Shown here: positions 12,290-25,442 of the stretch, in pieces | Layout of the letters: each line of letters starts with the position of its first letter | Position numbering within the stretch: position 1 is the stretch's first letter | Source: Mobula hypostoma | Taxonomy: Eukaryota | DNA: 64,000 bases | Direction: 5' to 3' | Assembly: GCF_963921235.1 (NCBI RefSeq) | Contig: NC_086097.1 | Span: 136,092,001-136,156,000, forward strand | Notes under the pieces: model-generated | Seen by the model: the letters and a program-made list of their open reading frames with translations, nothing else | Told to the model about the DNA's origin: nothing | The model's database searches: none | Program-made: the position numbers and the translations under genes

Positions 12290-12480
12290 CAGTTCCGTTC
12301 CTGCCCTCTCCGGGCGGAAATGACATCAGGGGTGCATTACAAAAGTCTCTCCCCGCGCGCGGGCTTTCTCCCCTTGCTGGTGAAGAAGGCGGCCCTGCAC
12401 CATTTTGGGGCTGGCCTCTCTACCGACATGCCCGCCATTTTGTGAGCCGGTTCGCCTGCGTAGAAAGTGGGTCACCACGT
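12290..12480. promoter_or_regulatory. Putative promoter-like CpG-rich island
   Basis: Local CpG enrichment; GC box/ETS GGGCGGAAA abutting CRE-like TGACATCA; YY1-type CGCCATTTT and ACCATTTT. Confidence 0.4.
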
Positions 12481-13964
12481 ATCCATCTATCTTTCTATCT
12501 ATCATGCAACCAGTCAAGATATTTTCTAAACATGTGAAAGTCTGCTGGAAATCCAAAGCAACTCATACAAAGTGCTGGAGGAACTCAGCATGTCAGGTAG
12601 GATCTACGGAAATTAATATGGATATTTCCTACAGAGGATCTGTAGAAGTTTTTTCCGAGTATTCGGTGACAATGTCAAATCTCATTAAGTTTCAAGGATT
12701 CTCACATTCACATTCACTTAGCATGACGATATGCAGCTCATTGAGTCTATGCTAGTTCTTAATTCCATTCCCACTCTATTACCCCATAACCACTTCTCTC
12801 TCAGGTGTCCATCAACACTATCCTGATTCACTTGCCATTGACCTATGCTAGGAATACATTACAGTGGCCAGATGACTTCTCAACCTGGGATGTGGAGGAA
12901 CTGGAGCACATGGAGGAAACCCATGAAGTGACATGGAGACTGTGCAAACTCCACCCAGACTACAGGCAAACCTGAGCCTCAGAAGCAGTGACACACAGCT
13001 CGCCTACCTGCACCGCTGAGCTGCATAGTTCCATTAAAATCAGTGCCGCCAGTCTGGTTACCTGGATGATCATGCTTAGAGAAGTTCGAAGTGTTTTCAA
13101 AACAATAGGCTAACCCGCTTAACACAGCATGACAGATGACATAGCATTGCAAACCACCGAGCCTTTCCAACAGGGAATCTATCATGACAAACATGTCCTC
13201 CTTTTATTGTGCCTGTTCTTTGATGTTCGACAGCCTCATTCTGACTTATTGTGCTGCTGAAGAGACCAGGAGGATCAGATCCTTGTTGGCTTCTTCATTT
13301 CTCCGGCTGCTCCTCTGTGCCTGATGAGAGAGTTGATCAGCCTTTGCTTCAGGGACCTGGGCTCCAGGCCGATCCTAGCAATAGCTTTAGGTCTGCTGTA
13401 GAAGGTACAAGAGTCTCAGGACTCGCAGAACCACGTTGAAGAACAATTACTACCCCTCAACCATCAGGCTCTTGAATTAAAGGGATAACTACACTCACTT
13501 GCCCCAACATAATTGGGTTATTGTTGTCACATGTACCGAGATAAATTGAGAAACTTTGTTTTGCATGCCAGGCAACAGATCATTCCAAACATAAGTACAT
13601 TGAGGAAAAAGCAATATCAGAATGCAGAATGTAGTGTTACCGTTACAGAGAAATACAGTTCAGCGAGGCAAATAACATTCAAGGGCCATTACAAGGTAGA
13701 TTGAGAGATCAAAGGTTCACCTTTCTTGTACAAGAGGAAATTCAAGAGTCTGGTAACACTGGGATAGGAGCTGTCATTGAACATAGACGTACATGTTCTC
13801 AAGCTCTTTGCATCTTCTTGCCTGAAGGAAGCGGGGAGAAAAAGAGAATAACCAGGATGTGAGGGGTCTCGATTATGGTGGTGTCTCTGAATGTAGCATT
13901 TCCTTGACCCTCTTCCACACCATAGAGCCATTCTCAGGTCAACAATCTAGGCTGACCCACTAGG

Positions 13965-14505
13965 CCAGTAGTGAGAGAGGGGCACACTGTGGGACTGAAG
14001 GTGTGTTACATTGGGAGAGACAATACTGAGGGAGTGTCCCTCTGTGGGAGGGATGGTACTGAGGGAGTGTCCCTCTGTGGAAGGGACGGTACTGAGGGAG
14101 TGTCACACTGTGGGAGGGACAGTACCGAGGGAACATCAGACTGTGGGATGGACAGTACTGAGGGAACATCAGAGTGTGGGACAGACAGTACTGAGGGAGT
14201 GTCACACTGTGGGATGGACAGTACAGAGGGAGTGTCACACTGAGGGATGGACAGTACTGAGGGAGTGTCACACTGTGGGATGGACAGTACTGAGGGAGTG
14301 TCACACTGTGGGATGGACAGTACTGAGGGAGTGTCACACTGTGGGATGGACAGTACTGAGGGAGTGTCACACTGTGGGATGGACAGTACAGAGGGAGTGT
14401 CACACTGAGGGATGGACAGTACTGAGGGAGTGTCGCGCCGTGGGACGGGCAGTGGCAAGGAAGTGTCACATTGTGGGAGGGGCAGTACTGAGGGCAGGTT
14501 ACACT
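13965..14505. repeat. 33-bp minisatellite (~16 units)
   Basis: Unit GGGATGGACAGTACTGAGGGAGTGTCACACTGT; homogeneous centre and degenerate edges. Confidence 0.95.
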
Positions 14506-15809
14506 GTTATGATAGTGATATGTCAATGATTGTGGGATTCTGCTGCGCTCAAGCAGCTGAGGTTTTTCCGATCTTACAACAGTGAAAATTGACTGAGTAC
14601 TTTAGCAGAACTATTGCCATGACTTTACACTAAACAATTCACTGGGCCTCGTCATGAGACAACCTCATTGGTGGGTACGGTGTCCCACGTGCAGAATAGG
14701 AGATTGTAGTTGGGATTCTACAACAACCTAAAAGAGTTTTGGAAGGTGGTCTTGAGCAGTGGAGAATTTGCTGCTCTATTTTACACACTCCCCTATCCAT
14801 GAATAGCTGCATTCACCTTGATCAGCCAGGTCCTGGCCTCCCCCCCAACAATTAAAACAAAAGGTTTAAGACAAGTTATCAATATTGGGGAATTATTGGA
14901 TGCCACAGATGTGGTAGTTTAATTGGCCACTGCATTGAGCACCCCCAGTGATCTCCAGTGTCTGCAATTGGCAAAAGAATCAAAGAGAGTTTGATGGGCA
15001 TGTATGAGAGAGAAAATGTCTCAGGGAAATAAAGGGAGAGGGAGTTGGGTCAGTGTTGAGAGCCAACTTAGAACCAAATGGCTCCACCTCTGGCAAATGA
15101 GGAAGATAGAGACACAGGAGGGTGCGGGCGCTGGTGCCTGGAGCAAAGGGAGAGGTCTTGGAGTAACTCAGTGGGTCAGTTAATATCTGTAGGGGGAAAT
15201 ACACTGATGATGTTTTGGATTGAGACCTTCGGGCTGAGATAGAAGGGTATAAAGAGATGAGGGGGGAACAGGGGAGGTTTGAGGCAAGAGCTGGCTGCTG
15301 ATAGGTGAATGCAGGTGAGGATCCTGAGGAACCAACCTGCACCACCATAACCTCCCTCAGCCACGGAGCACCACGGAGCACGATTTGTTTCTGTCGCCTT
15401 TTTTTCACTGTCTTGTACAATTTATCTATTAATTTCTGTTTTGCGTGTCGGCTGTATCTAGTGCCTGTGATGCTGCTGCAAGCAAGTTCTTCACTGTGAC
15501 TCTACCTCACCGTCCTTATGCACAGGACATTGAACTCAACTTGATTCAGTTCAGTCTGATTAATCTTCACCTACACTGGTGGGCACCCCTTGGTCAGTAA
15601 CTATGTGTTGGAGCCAATCTTCAGAGATTTAATTAATTATTTTTTTATTTATTGAGATACAGCATGGAATAGGCCCTTCCGGCCCTTAGAGTCATGCTAC
15701 CCATCAATCCCACGATTTAATCCAACCATAATCATCAGTTAATTTACAATGACCAATTAACCTACCAACCCGTATGTCTTTGGACTGTGGGAACTCAAGA
15801 CGAACGACC

Positions 15810-16657
15810 ACAGAGTCTTGTCATCTTCAGAAGTTTTCGGATGACTCTGCCATAGTTGGATGCATCAGCAAGGGAGATGAGGCTGAGTACAGGGCTACGG
15901 TAGGAAACTTTGGCACATGGTGTGAGCAGAATTATCTGCAGCTTAATGTGAAAAAGACTAAGGAGCTGGTGGTAGACCTGAGGAGAGCTAAGGTACCGGT
16001 GACCCCTGTTTCCATCCAGGGGATCAGTGTGGACATGGTGGAGGATTACAAATATCTGGGGATACGAATTGACAATAAACTGGACTGATCAAAGAATACT
16101 GAGGCTGTCTACAAGAAGGGTCAGAGCCGTCTCTATTTCCTGAGGAGACTGAGGTCCTTTAACATCTGCCGGACGATGCTGAGGATGTTCTACGAGTCTG
16201 TGGTGGCCAGTGCTATCATGTTTGCTGTTGTGTGCTGAGGCAGCAGGCTGAGGGTAGCAGACACCAACAGAATCAACAAATTCATTCGAGCAGGCCAATG
16301 ATGTTGTGGGGATGGAACTGGACTCTCTGACGATGGTGTCTGAAAAGAGGATGCTGTCTAAGTTGCATGCCATCTTGATCAATGTCTCCCATCCACTACA
16401 TAATGATTCCACCGAGATGCAACACAGAGCGTCATAGGAAGTCATTCCTGCCTGTAGCCATCAAACTTTATAACTCCTCCCTTGGAGGGTCAGACACCCT
16501 GAGCCAACAGGCTGGTCCTGGACTTATTTCCTGGCATAATTTACGTATTACTATTTAACTACTTATGGTTTTATTACTATTTAATTATTTATGGTGCAAC
16601 TGTAATGAAAACCAGTTTCCCCCAGGATTAATAAAGTATGACTATGACTATGACTAT
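15810..16657 (+). mobile_element. Rex/Babar LINE family A, 5'-truncated copy 1
   Basis: LQKFSDDSAIVG...LNVKKTKELVVDLRR; premature stops and an internal deletion near 16405; AATAAA plus (TATGAC)n tail. Confidence 0.9.
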
Positions 16658-17509
16658 GTCACTCAGACCTGTACTGATTTGCAGAGTAGATGCTAATTCT
16701 AAAGCTTGTTTGCTCAGGGGCGGGGTGGTTGAAAAAGATGTCTGGAAAGGCAGAGTCCTCCCCTTCAATCAACATCACCCAAGCAGATTATTCGCTCTGT
16801 GTCTCATTGCTGTGTGTGAGAATGTGATGTGTGTAATGTGGCCATTGTGCTTTTGTTTGTTACAGTGACTAGACATTAAAAGTATTTAACTGTCCCTTGA
16901 CATTGGTGAGAAAAGCAAAGAAGGATTAGAATGTTATGCATTAGTCATTTTAACATAACGGAGTCAATTTGAACACATCTGTTGATGGAAAGTCATTTTA
17001 AGAGTGAAAGACTTGAATACAATGCTTGTTCAATGCATGTGTGAGGAAGCCAAGGGACAGCAGACTGGGAAACATCCCTCTATGGGTAATCACAATGATT
17101 ATTGTTCTGTCCGACATTATTTACGGTTTAGTAAAGTCATTAACACTTGGACTTCCTTCAACATGATTGGGACACAGGAGGCTGGTTGACAGCTAGACTG
17201 AAGCCATATCCTTTACAGTTTTGATGACTAGAGAAGTACAATAACTTGTGCTGGGGTAATTACATTATAGAATTTATCTTCACCCGCTGCTCCTTCTCCG
17301 ACCTGGGTCTAAGCCCATCCTTTCCGCCATTATCACCCAAAACCTGTATACGTATTTATCAATGTATCCCATTTCAGTGTACTGGGAATCATTATTCTTG
17401 GTGAGTTAATAATACATCAGATTAGTCCTATTTGTGTAAAAGCTTTAGTTTGCCAATGTACAAGGCACAGCTAATAGAACTGCAGTCTCTCAGCTCCAGT
17501 GGCTGTAAA

Positions 17510-17990
17510 ACCAATAAGGTATAGGAGCAGAGTTAGGCCACTCAGCCCATTGAGACAGTTCCACTTTCCAATTATGGCTGATTTTCCCCCTGCCTTCTCC
17601 TATTACCCTTAACCTTTTTACTAACCAAACCCTTAACCCGTTTACTAATCAAACCCTTTACCTTTTACTAATCAAACCCTTAACCTTTTTACTAATCAAG
17701 AACCCAGCAGTCTCTGTCTTGAATACACACAGTCACTGTTCTCCTCAAATTCACCACCCTCTGGCTGAAGAAATCCCTCTTCATCTCAGTTTTAAAGGGA
17801 TGTCCCTTATTCTCAACTGTGCCATCAGATCCCAGACTCTTACTAATGGAAATATCCTCTCCACATCCAGTCTATCCAGGCCCTGCAGCATATTACAGTA
17901 TTACAGGTTTCACTGACACCCTTCCTCATCCTGAACTCCATCGAGTGCAGGCCCAGGGACATCAAGAGCTCATCACCTGTTAAGTGTTTC
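17510..17990 (-). mobile_element. CR1 3' fragment with internal ~23-bp tandem repeat
   Basis: Reverse CR1 3' sequence; AAACCCTTAACCTTTTTACTAATC repeated ~4 times at 17605-17700. Confidence 0.7.
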
Positions 17991-18019
17991 ACTCCTGGGA
18001 CACGGTTTCAATCCTAATC

Positions 18020-19866
18020 TCTGGCGCTGTCTCAAATCCCTCAGGCCAGCAAGAGCTGGTCTTTTCCACACCAACAGGAGGCAAAATGGGATTATATCCA
18101 GCCTTTCCTGTAACTCCTGAGACACGAGGCACATGCGGCAGGGCATTCAGACCATAGCGGGCTGCAAATCCACCCTGCATGTCAACGACAGTGATGTCTC
18201 TCTGTCTGATAGGCTGAATGTCTTCTATACCCAATTTGTGTCAGTAAGGAAGGGCCCCCCTGCCCCTGAGAAGCCAGCACACTGTCTGGCTGCTGCTGAT
18301 GTAAGGAAGACCCCAGCCAGGGTCAACCCACATAAAACTCCAAGGTCTGATAATACAGCTGCTCAGGCGCTGAGGAACTGTGCAGTCCAGTTAACAGACA
18401 TCATCAACATCTCCCTGGAACAGTCCACTGTCCCCATAGGCTTCAAGGCAGCCATCATCATCCCAGTGCCCAACAGAGAGATAGTACTCTGCCTTAATTA
18501 CTACTGCCCAGTAGCACTGACCTCAACAATAATGAAATGCTTTGAGTGGCTGGTTATAGATCGTATTAAATCCCATCTTTCTGCTACATTGAACTATTTT
18601 CAGTTCACTTATCACTCATATCAGTCCACTGATGATGCCATCGTATGTGCCCTCGATTCCTTTCTGTCCCACCTGGAAGATGGTGCCTCGTACGCCAGGA
18701 GGCTGTTTATTGATTTCAGGTCGGTTGGCGTTTTATACAAGCATCCCTCAGAACCTATGGGTAAACTGTCCTCATTGAGTCCCAAAAGCTCTCTCTGTAA
18801 CTGGATCTTGGACTTCTTGAGAGAAAGGCCACAGTCAGTCCATGTTGGCAGCATCATCTCTAGCTCCATCTTGCTGAGCATCGGTGCCCCTCAGGACTGC
18901 ATGCTCTGCCTGTTGCTTGTTCATGTTGTTAATGCCTGACTGTACTGCTAGATCCAGTTCAAACTAAATCATCAAGCTTGCTGATGACACCACAGGTTGG
19001 CCTCATCAACAACGACGACAGGATGGTGTACAGAGAGGAGTAGACTGGCTTCTAGAATGGTGCGAGCATAACACTTTGAGTTTCAACAAGGACAAGACCA
19101 AAGAGATGATTGTGGACTTTGATAAGGTGCCGGCTGACCACTCCTCACTGCACATAAACGGCTCTTCTGTGGAGAGAATTAAGAGCACAGAGTTTCTGGG
19201 ACTGCACATAACGGATGAACTCACTTGATCACTCAACCGTACCTCTTTAGTTAAGAAAGCACAACAGCATCTCCACTTTCTGAGGAGAATGAGATGAGTG
19301 AGGCTCCCCACCTTTCCATTCTAACCAATTTATACAGAAGCACCATTGACAGCGTTCTGACCAGCTGCATCACTGTCTGGTATGGGAATTGCAAGACATC
19401 TGACAAGACTTACAAAGGATTGTGAGGACTGCTGAGGGAATCGTTGAGGTCTCTCTTCCACCCATTCAAGATATTCACCAATTCACCAGGAGCGTTGTCT
19501 ATGCAGGAAAGACCCTAAGCATTGTCAATAATCCTTCCCAGCAGCTGAACAATCTCTTTGACCCCCTACCACCAGACAGGAGTTACCAGGGCATTAGGAC
19601 AAGGACCATTAGTATGGGAAACAGCTTTCTCCCCCAGGCTATGAGACCACTGAACTCCCGGCCACCACCCAGGTCTCACCACATATGAAGCACCAGTAAT
19701 GTTATATTGTTTTTTTTATTTGTGCTGTAAGTGCACTTTATTATTTGTTAATATATTTGTGGAAATATTACTCTATGTGTTATGTGTGTGAGTCAGTCCA
19801 GAGGAACTTTGTTTTGCTTGGCGTTATACATGTATACAGCTTAAATGACGATAAACTTGAACTTGT
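18020..19866 (+). mobile_element. Rex/Babar LINE family C, degenerate RT region
   Basis: IIPVPNR...[18 protein letters not shown]...LFIDF...GAPQDC...KLADDT RT motifs; (CTTGAA)n tail. Confidence 0.85.
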
Positions 19867-19986
19867 CCGTGTGGAGTTTGGATGTTCACCCTGTAACTGT
19901 GAAAGTTTCTCCTGGGTGCATATTTGTAGATGAATTGGCTGCTGAAATTTGCCCCTGGTGTGTAGATGAGAGGTAGAATCCTAAGG

Positions 19987-20066
19987 CAGGATTTCCCAGC
20001 CTTTTTTAAGCCATGGACCAATACCATTAAGCAAGGAGTTTGTGGCCCCCAGGCTGGGAACCCCTG
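19987..20066. mobile_element. 80-bp hAT MITE inserted in a SINE
   Basis: Termini CAGGATTTCCCAGCC and GGCTGGGAACCCCTG; flanks TCCTAAGG / ATCTAGGG look like a degenerate 8-bp TSD. Confidence 0.7.
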
Positions 20067-20555
20067 ATCTAGGGGGATGTTGATGGGGATGTAAGGAGAA
20101 TTTAAAAAAGGAACTCCATGGCATTAATGTACATGGGTGGTGGATGGTTGGTGTCGACTCAGTAAACTGAAGGGCCTGATTCAATGCTGTTTCTTTCTAT
20201 AACTCTCAAAGAACTTTCAAACTTCCCTCGGGCTCCATGCTAATCTGGCTCAATTTAAAGGCAGCTCTTTTCCTCGGGACTATACATGTGGTGAAGGGAG
20301 ATGTTTACCACAAGACAGCCCTTTCTTTCCAAACTCTTGTGAACAGATGATTCAGACTGATTCATCATTTGTTCTCTCTGAGAGTTTGAAGTGAGAGCAT
20401 TCTGTGTGAGGAACGCAAATTGCCAACAACCATCTCATCCTGGCTTCATCTGGGAATCTCACTTCCGTCCCTGCCCCTGTTATGTCCATGAGTCCAGGGG
20501 TCATTCGCACATGGGTCTCTTGCCCTTAAATCAGAGGACTGCAGCATGCTGCTGT

Positions 20556-21255
20556 GCAGAAGGACTTGGGAGTAATTGTGCGTGAATCACAAAAGGTTGG
20601 TTTGCAGATGCAGCAGGCTACCAAGAAGGCAAATAGAATGTTGGCCTTCATTGCTAGAGGGATTGAATTTAAGAGCAGGGAGGTTATGCTGCAACTGTAC
20701 AGGGTACTGCTCAGGCTGCATCTGGAGTACTGTGTATAGTTCTGGTCTCCTTGCTTGAGGACAGATATACTGTCTTTGGAGGTGTGCAGAGGAGGTTCAC
20801 TAGGCTGATTCCAGAGATGAGGGGGTTAGACTATGAGGAGAGATTGAATCACCTGGACTGTACTTGCTGGAGTTCAGAAGGATGAGAGGAGATCTAACAG
20901 AAACAGATAAAATTATGAAAGGGATAGATAAAATAGAGGCGGGAAAGTTATTTCCACGCACACAAAATGCTGGAGGAACCCAGCAGGCTAGACAGCAACT
21001 ATGAAAAGTACAGTTAGTGGTGAATCTGTGGAATTCTCTGCCCAATGAAGCAGTGGAGGCTACCTCAGTAAATAGATTTACGACAAGGTTGGATAGAGTT
21101 TTGCATAGTAGGAGAATGAAGGGTTATAGGGGAAAGGCAGGTCGGTGGGGAATAGTCCATGGTCAGATCAGCCTTGATCATAGTAAATGGCGGAGCAGGC
21201 TCAATGGGCCAGATGGCCTAATCCTGCACTTATTTCTTATGTTCTTATGATTATG
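20556..21255 (+). mobile_element. CR1-type LINE 3' fragment
   Basis: QKDLGVIVRESQK...KKANRMLAFIARGIEFKSREVMLQLY...HLEYC; VNLWNSLP; a PLE terminal fragment replaces ~20955-21016. Confidence 0.85.
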
Positions 21256-23340
21256 GTTCAATACTTTCTCTGGAGTCTACTGGCTGAAAATTCTAAGCTT
21301 ATAGTTGCAGTGTTGGTTGGGGGAGGAGGAAGAGGGGCTTGAAGAGCCAAAGTATGAGTGCCAGCATCCACAAAATCAATAACTAGTAGTTGGTATTGGT
21401 TCATTATTGCCATATGCACTGAGATACAGTGAAAACATTGTTCTGCAGACCATTCACAACATGGGTGCATCAAGGTAGAGTAGTACAAAGGGAAAGACGA
21501 TAGCAGATGCACGGGACGTGCAGTGCTGTAGACAGAAAGGTGTAAGGGTCGTGATGAGGTAGATTGTGAAGTCAGAGTCCATCCTGGGAGTATAAGAGGT
21601 CTGTTCAAGGAGCTGTCCTTGAATCTGGTGGGATGTGTTCACAAGCTTTTGTATCTCCTTCCCAATTGAAGTTCATTATGATCATTTACCTAGGTACAGT
21701 GATTATCTTTAATTTGTTTGCCATCCAGACAGAGTATTCCACACGTAAGTGCATAGAGGTTGTACAAATGAAATAAAATGGAATGCAGAATATAGTGTTG
21801 GTATTAGAGACAAAGTGTTGCGCAGACAGACAAATTAAATGCAAGTGCCTTGATGATGTAGATTGGGAGACCAAGAGCTTATCTTTTAGCCTATAGGATA
21901 TCTGTTCATGAGTTGATCTAAGAACTTCAAATACTGTAAATCAGAATTACTGGACCAGATTTGAAGTCTTTGATCACCAGTTTCCTTGGATGACCTGTGC
22001 CCTGAAGTTCCATCTGCAGAGGAGTGCCTCCTAAATCTGGCCAGCAGTCCACCTTTTCCGAGCCTCACTGACAGTGTTTAACAATGCTGGGCAGTTTTGG
22101 AGAGCAGGGCAGGTTGGTGGAGAGACCTGCAACTAGCTACTCGGGTAGAAACTCCAACCAGATTTTCAAGAGCTGCCTTAGCTTGAGCCAACGGAAATAA
22201 CAGAAAGTTAAACTCTAATGCAAACCATGTTCAGCCTTCCTGATCAATCAATGTCAGTGCAAATCTTTTCCATTCCATCAGCAGTGCATAAACACATAGA
22301 ATCACCAGAAATAATATTACATTATACCAGAGGGCATGCATTTAAGGTGAGAGGGGGTAATCTCAAGAAAATGTAAGGGGCAGGCTTTTTTATATAGAGA
22401 GTGGTGGGTGCATCGGCTGGTGTTAGACACCGATACATTGGAGGCTTTTAAGAAATGTTTAGATTGGCACATGATTGTGAAGAAAATGATGAATACGGAT
22501 ATTGTGTAGGCAGAGGGGATTAGTTTAGTTGGCCATGTCATTACTAATTTAATGAGTTAGGCACAACATTATGGGCCGAATGGCCTGTTCCTGTGCTGCA
22601 CTCTTCTATGTTCTGTTTTATATTGTCTTACCAACATGGAGTGAGGGCATTCTACCCTTCAAATCTATACTGGCTCTCAGATCAATTCCATCCCCTACAT
22701 TTCCCTGCAACCTGTTTTCTCTCACATGCCCACCCACCTCCTGCTCAATTCTAGTGACTAATAAACCCACCAACCTGTTGCCATTGGGTCGTGGGAGGAA
22801 CCCAGGGCAGCCGGGGGAATCCCGCGTGGTCAGAGGGAGAGACAGTGGGCAAGGTTAGGACCAAGTCAGGGTCACTACATGCTTCTCCACCTTGCTTCCC
22901 TCAGGGACTGGAGGAGGTGCAGGAGCGCCCTGCATTTCTGCAGCGTGCCTCACAGCGCATAAAGGTTCTCTTCAATCAAGTGAACGGCTGTTCGCTGAGC
23001 ACAGCAGGATCCCACAGAAGGGAGTTCCATTATTATTGTTGTGGTTAGCTCAGGATATCAAGGATAAAGTTCCTCATGCCCATTAGAGAAACCAGAACAT
23101 CATCCCTAAGTCAGTGCCAGGCTCACTTCGGACTACACTGAAGCACCGAACAAGCCTTTGGAATGGACTTGAAGCCATCATTTCTTGACTCTGTAAATAG
23201 AGGGATAAGAGGAGCCCATTATAAGGATGAGCAAACTGGACTAGCTCAGGTATGCACCTGGGTCAGTATGGAGGAGATGGGCCACATGGCCTATTTCCGT
23301 GCTGTATATCTTTATGATTCCACTCAGCATCTTAAACATA

Positions 23341-23885
23341 CACTCAGTGGCAACTTCATTAGGTACACCTCTACACCTGCTCGTTAATGAAAATACCTAA
23401 CCAGCCAGTCATGGGGCAGCAACTCAATGCATAAAAGCATGCAGGTGTGGTCAAGAGGTCCTGTTGTTGTTCAGACCAAACATCAGAATGGGGAAGAAAT
23501 GTGACCTAAGTGATTCTGACCGTGGAATGATTGTTGGTGGCAGACAGTAAAGTTCGAGTATCTCAGAAACTGCTGATCTCCTGAGATTTTCACTCACAAC
23601 AGTCTCTAGAGTTTATAGAGAATGGTGCAAAAAACAAAAAAAACATCCAGTCAGCAGCAGTTCTGTGGGTGAAAGTGGCCAGACTGGTTGAAGCTAACAG
23701 CAACTCAAATTGCAACGTTACAACACGTTACAACAGTGACGTGCGGAAGAGCATCTCTGAATGTACAACACATTGAACCTTGAAATGGATGATCTACAGA
23801 TCTACAGCGGCAGAAGTTCACAAACATACACCCAATGGCCACTTTGTTAGGAGCAGGAGGTACCTAATAAAGTGGCCACAGGGTG
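23341..23885 (+). mobile_element. Tc1/mariner non-autonomous derivative
   Basis: TA-flanked TIRs CACTCAGTGGCAACTTCATTAGGTAC and GTACCTAATAAAGTGGCCACAGGGTG; ATG at 23488 gives MGKKCDLSDSDRGMIVG...SISETADLL...TTVSRVYREW (Tc1 HTH). Confidence 0.85.
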
Positions 23886-24446
23886 TATATAGCCACTCAG
23901 TGAAGCCAGGGCTGAATACTGACCATACACTAACCCTTGCTCATTTGTTTTTTTTTTAATCATTTGTGCTTTCCAAGCCCACCGGCACTCAGATTTTAAA
24001 TTAACAACTGACCGAACGTCTCTTTGAAAGGATCTTCAAGTCCCTTTCTCTGTGTGCGAATGTCTCCTAATTCCCTTTGTGAAAGAGCTGGCTCTAATTC
24101 TCAGACAACTGTGCCCACAATCCATCTTCATTCCTCCACGCCCCACCAGCAGAGATAAATCCATCCAACTTCTGTGATGTGTGTACTGTATATGGGTTAC
24201 TCAGAGTCAGTTATAATTCTGCTCAGGGGCATGTTGGCGCAGGCTGGAGCTACACATCGGCGTCTGTGGTTGATGGAGTAACTTTTCTCCCTGGGTTAGT
24301 AGATTTTTTAAGTGAGTTAAATCCCCAGCTAACTCTGGATTTTGATTCAACCCCATCCCTCCCCACCCCTGAAGTCACAGTCATACCAACAAAAACACAC
24401 CCTTTGGCACATTGATTCCACTCAAACCCATCAAATCAATGTGACT

Positions 24447-25338
24447 AGTAGTCATAGTCATAGTCATACTTTATTGATCCCAGGGGAAATTGGTTTTCAT
24501 TACAGTTTCACCATAAATAGTTAAATAGTAGTATGTAAATTATGCCAGTAAATTATGAAATAAGTCCAGGACCAGCCTATTGGCTCAGGGTGTCTGACCC
24601 TCCAAGGGAGAAGTTGGAAAGTTTGATGGCCATGGGCAGGAATGACTTCCTATGACGCTCTGTGCTGCATCTCGGAGGAATGAGTCTCTGGCTGAATGTA
24701 CTCCTGTGCCCACCCAGTACATTATGTAGTGGATGGGAGACATTGACCAAGATGGCATGCAACTTGGACAGCATCCTCTTTACAGACACCACCGTGAGAG
24801 AGTCCAGTTCCATCCCCACAACATCACTGGCCTTACGAATGAGTTTGTTGATTCTGTTGGTGTCTGCTACCCTCAGCCTGCTGCCCCAGCACACAACAGC
24901 AAACATGATAGCACTGGCCGCCACAGACTCGTAGAACATCCTCAGCATCGTCCGACAGATGTTAAAGGATCTCAGTCTCCTCAGGAAATAGAGGCGGCTC
25001 TGACCCTTCTTGTAGACAGCCTCAGTGTTCTTAGACCAGTCCAGTTTATTGTCAATTCGTATCCCCAGGTATTTGTAATCCTCCACCATGTCCACACTGA
25101 CCCTCTGGATGGAAACAGGGGTCACCAGTACCTTAGCTCTCCTCAGGTCTACCACCAGCTCCTTTGTCTTTTTCACATTAAGCTGCAGATAATTCTGCTC
25201 ACACCATGTGACAAAGTTTCCTACCGTAGCCCTGTACTCAGCCTCATCTCCCTTGCTGATGCATCCAACTATGGCAGAGTTATCCGAAAACTTCCGAAGA
25301 TGACAAGACTCTGTGCAGTAGTTGAAGTCCGAGGTGTA
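24447..25338 (-). mobile_element. Rex/Babar LINE family A, copy 2
   Basis: Open 199-aa ORF 24577-25176, near-identical to 27871-28470; (TATGAC)n tail. Confidence 0.9.
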
Positions 25339-25442
25339 ATCCTACCCTGATCCATTTTATTCTGCCCACATTCTCGTCAGCTCTCCGCATTCACATACAC
25401 ACCAACAATCCATTAACCCACCGACCGGCATGTCTTTTTCTA

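Noticed and set aside
13960..14529. Repetitive ORFs and CRISPR-like appearance
   Set aside because: The 33-bp unit is a multiple of 3; there are no unique spacers or cas genes, and the context is eukaryotic.
17605..17700. Telomere-like repeat
   Set aside because: It is a local ~23-bp duplication of CR1 sequence, not (CCCTAA)n.
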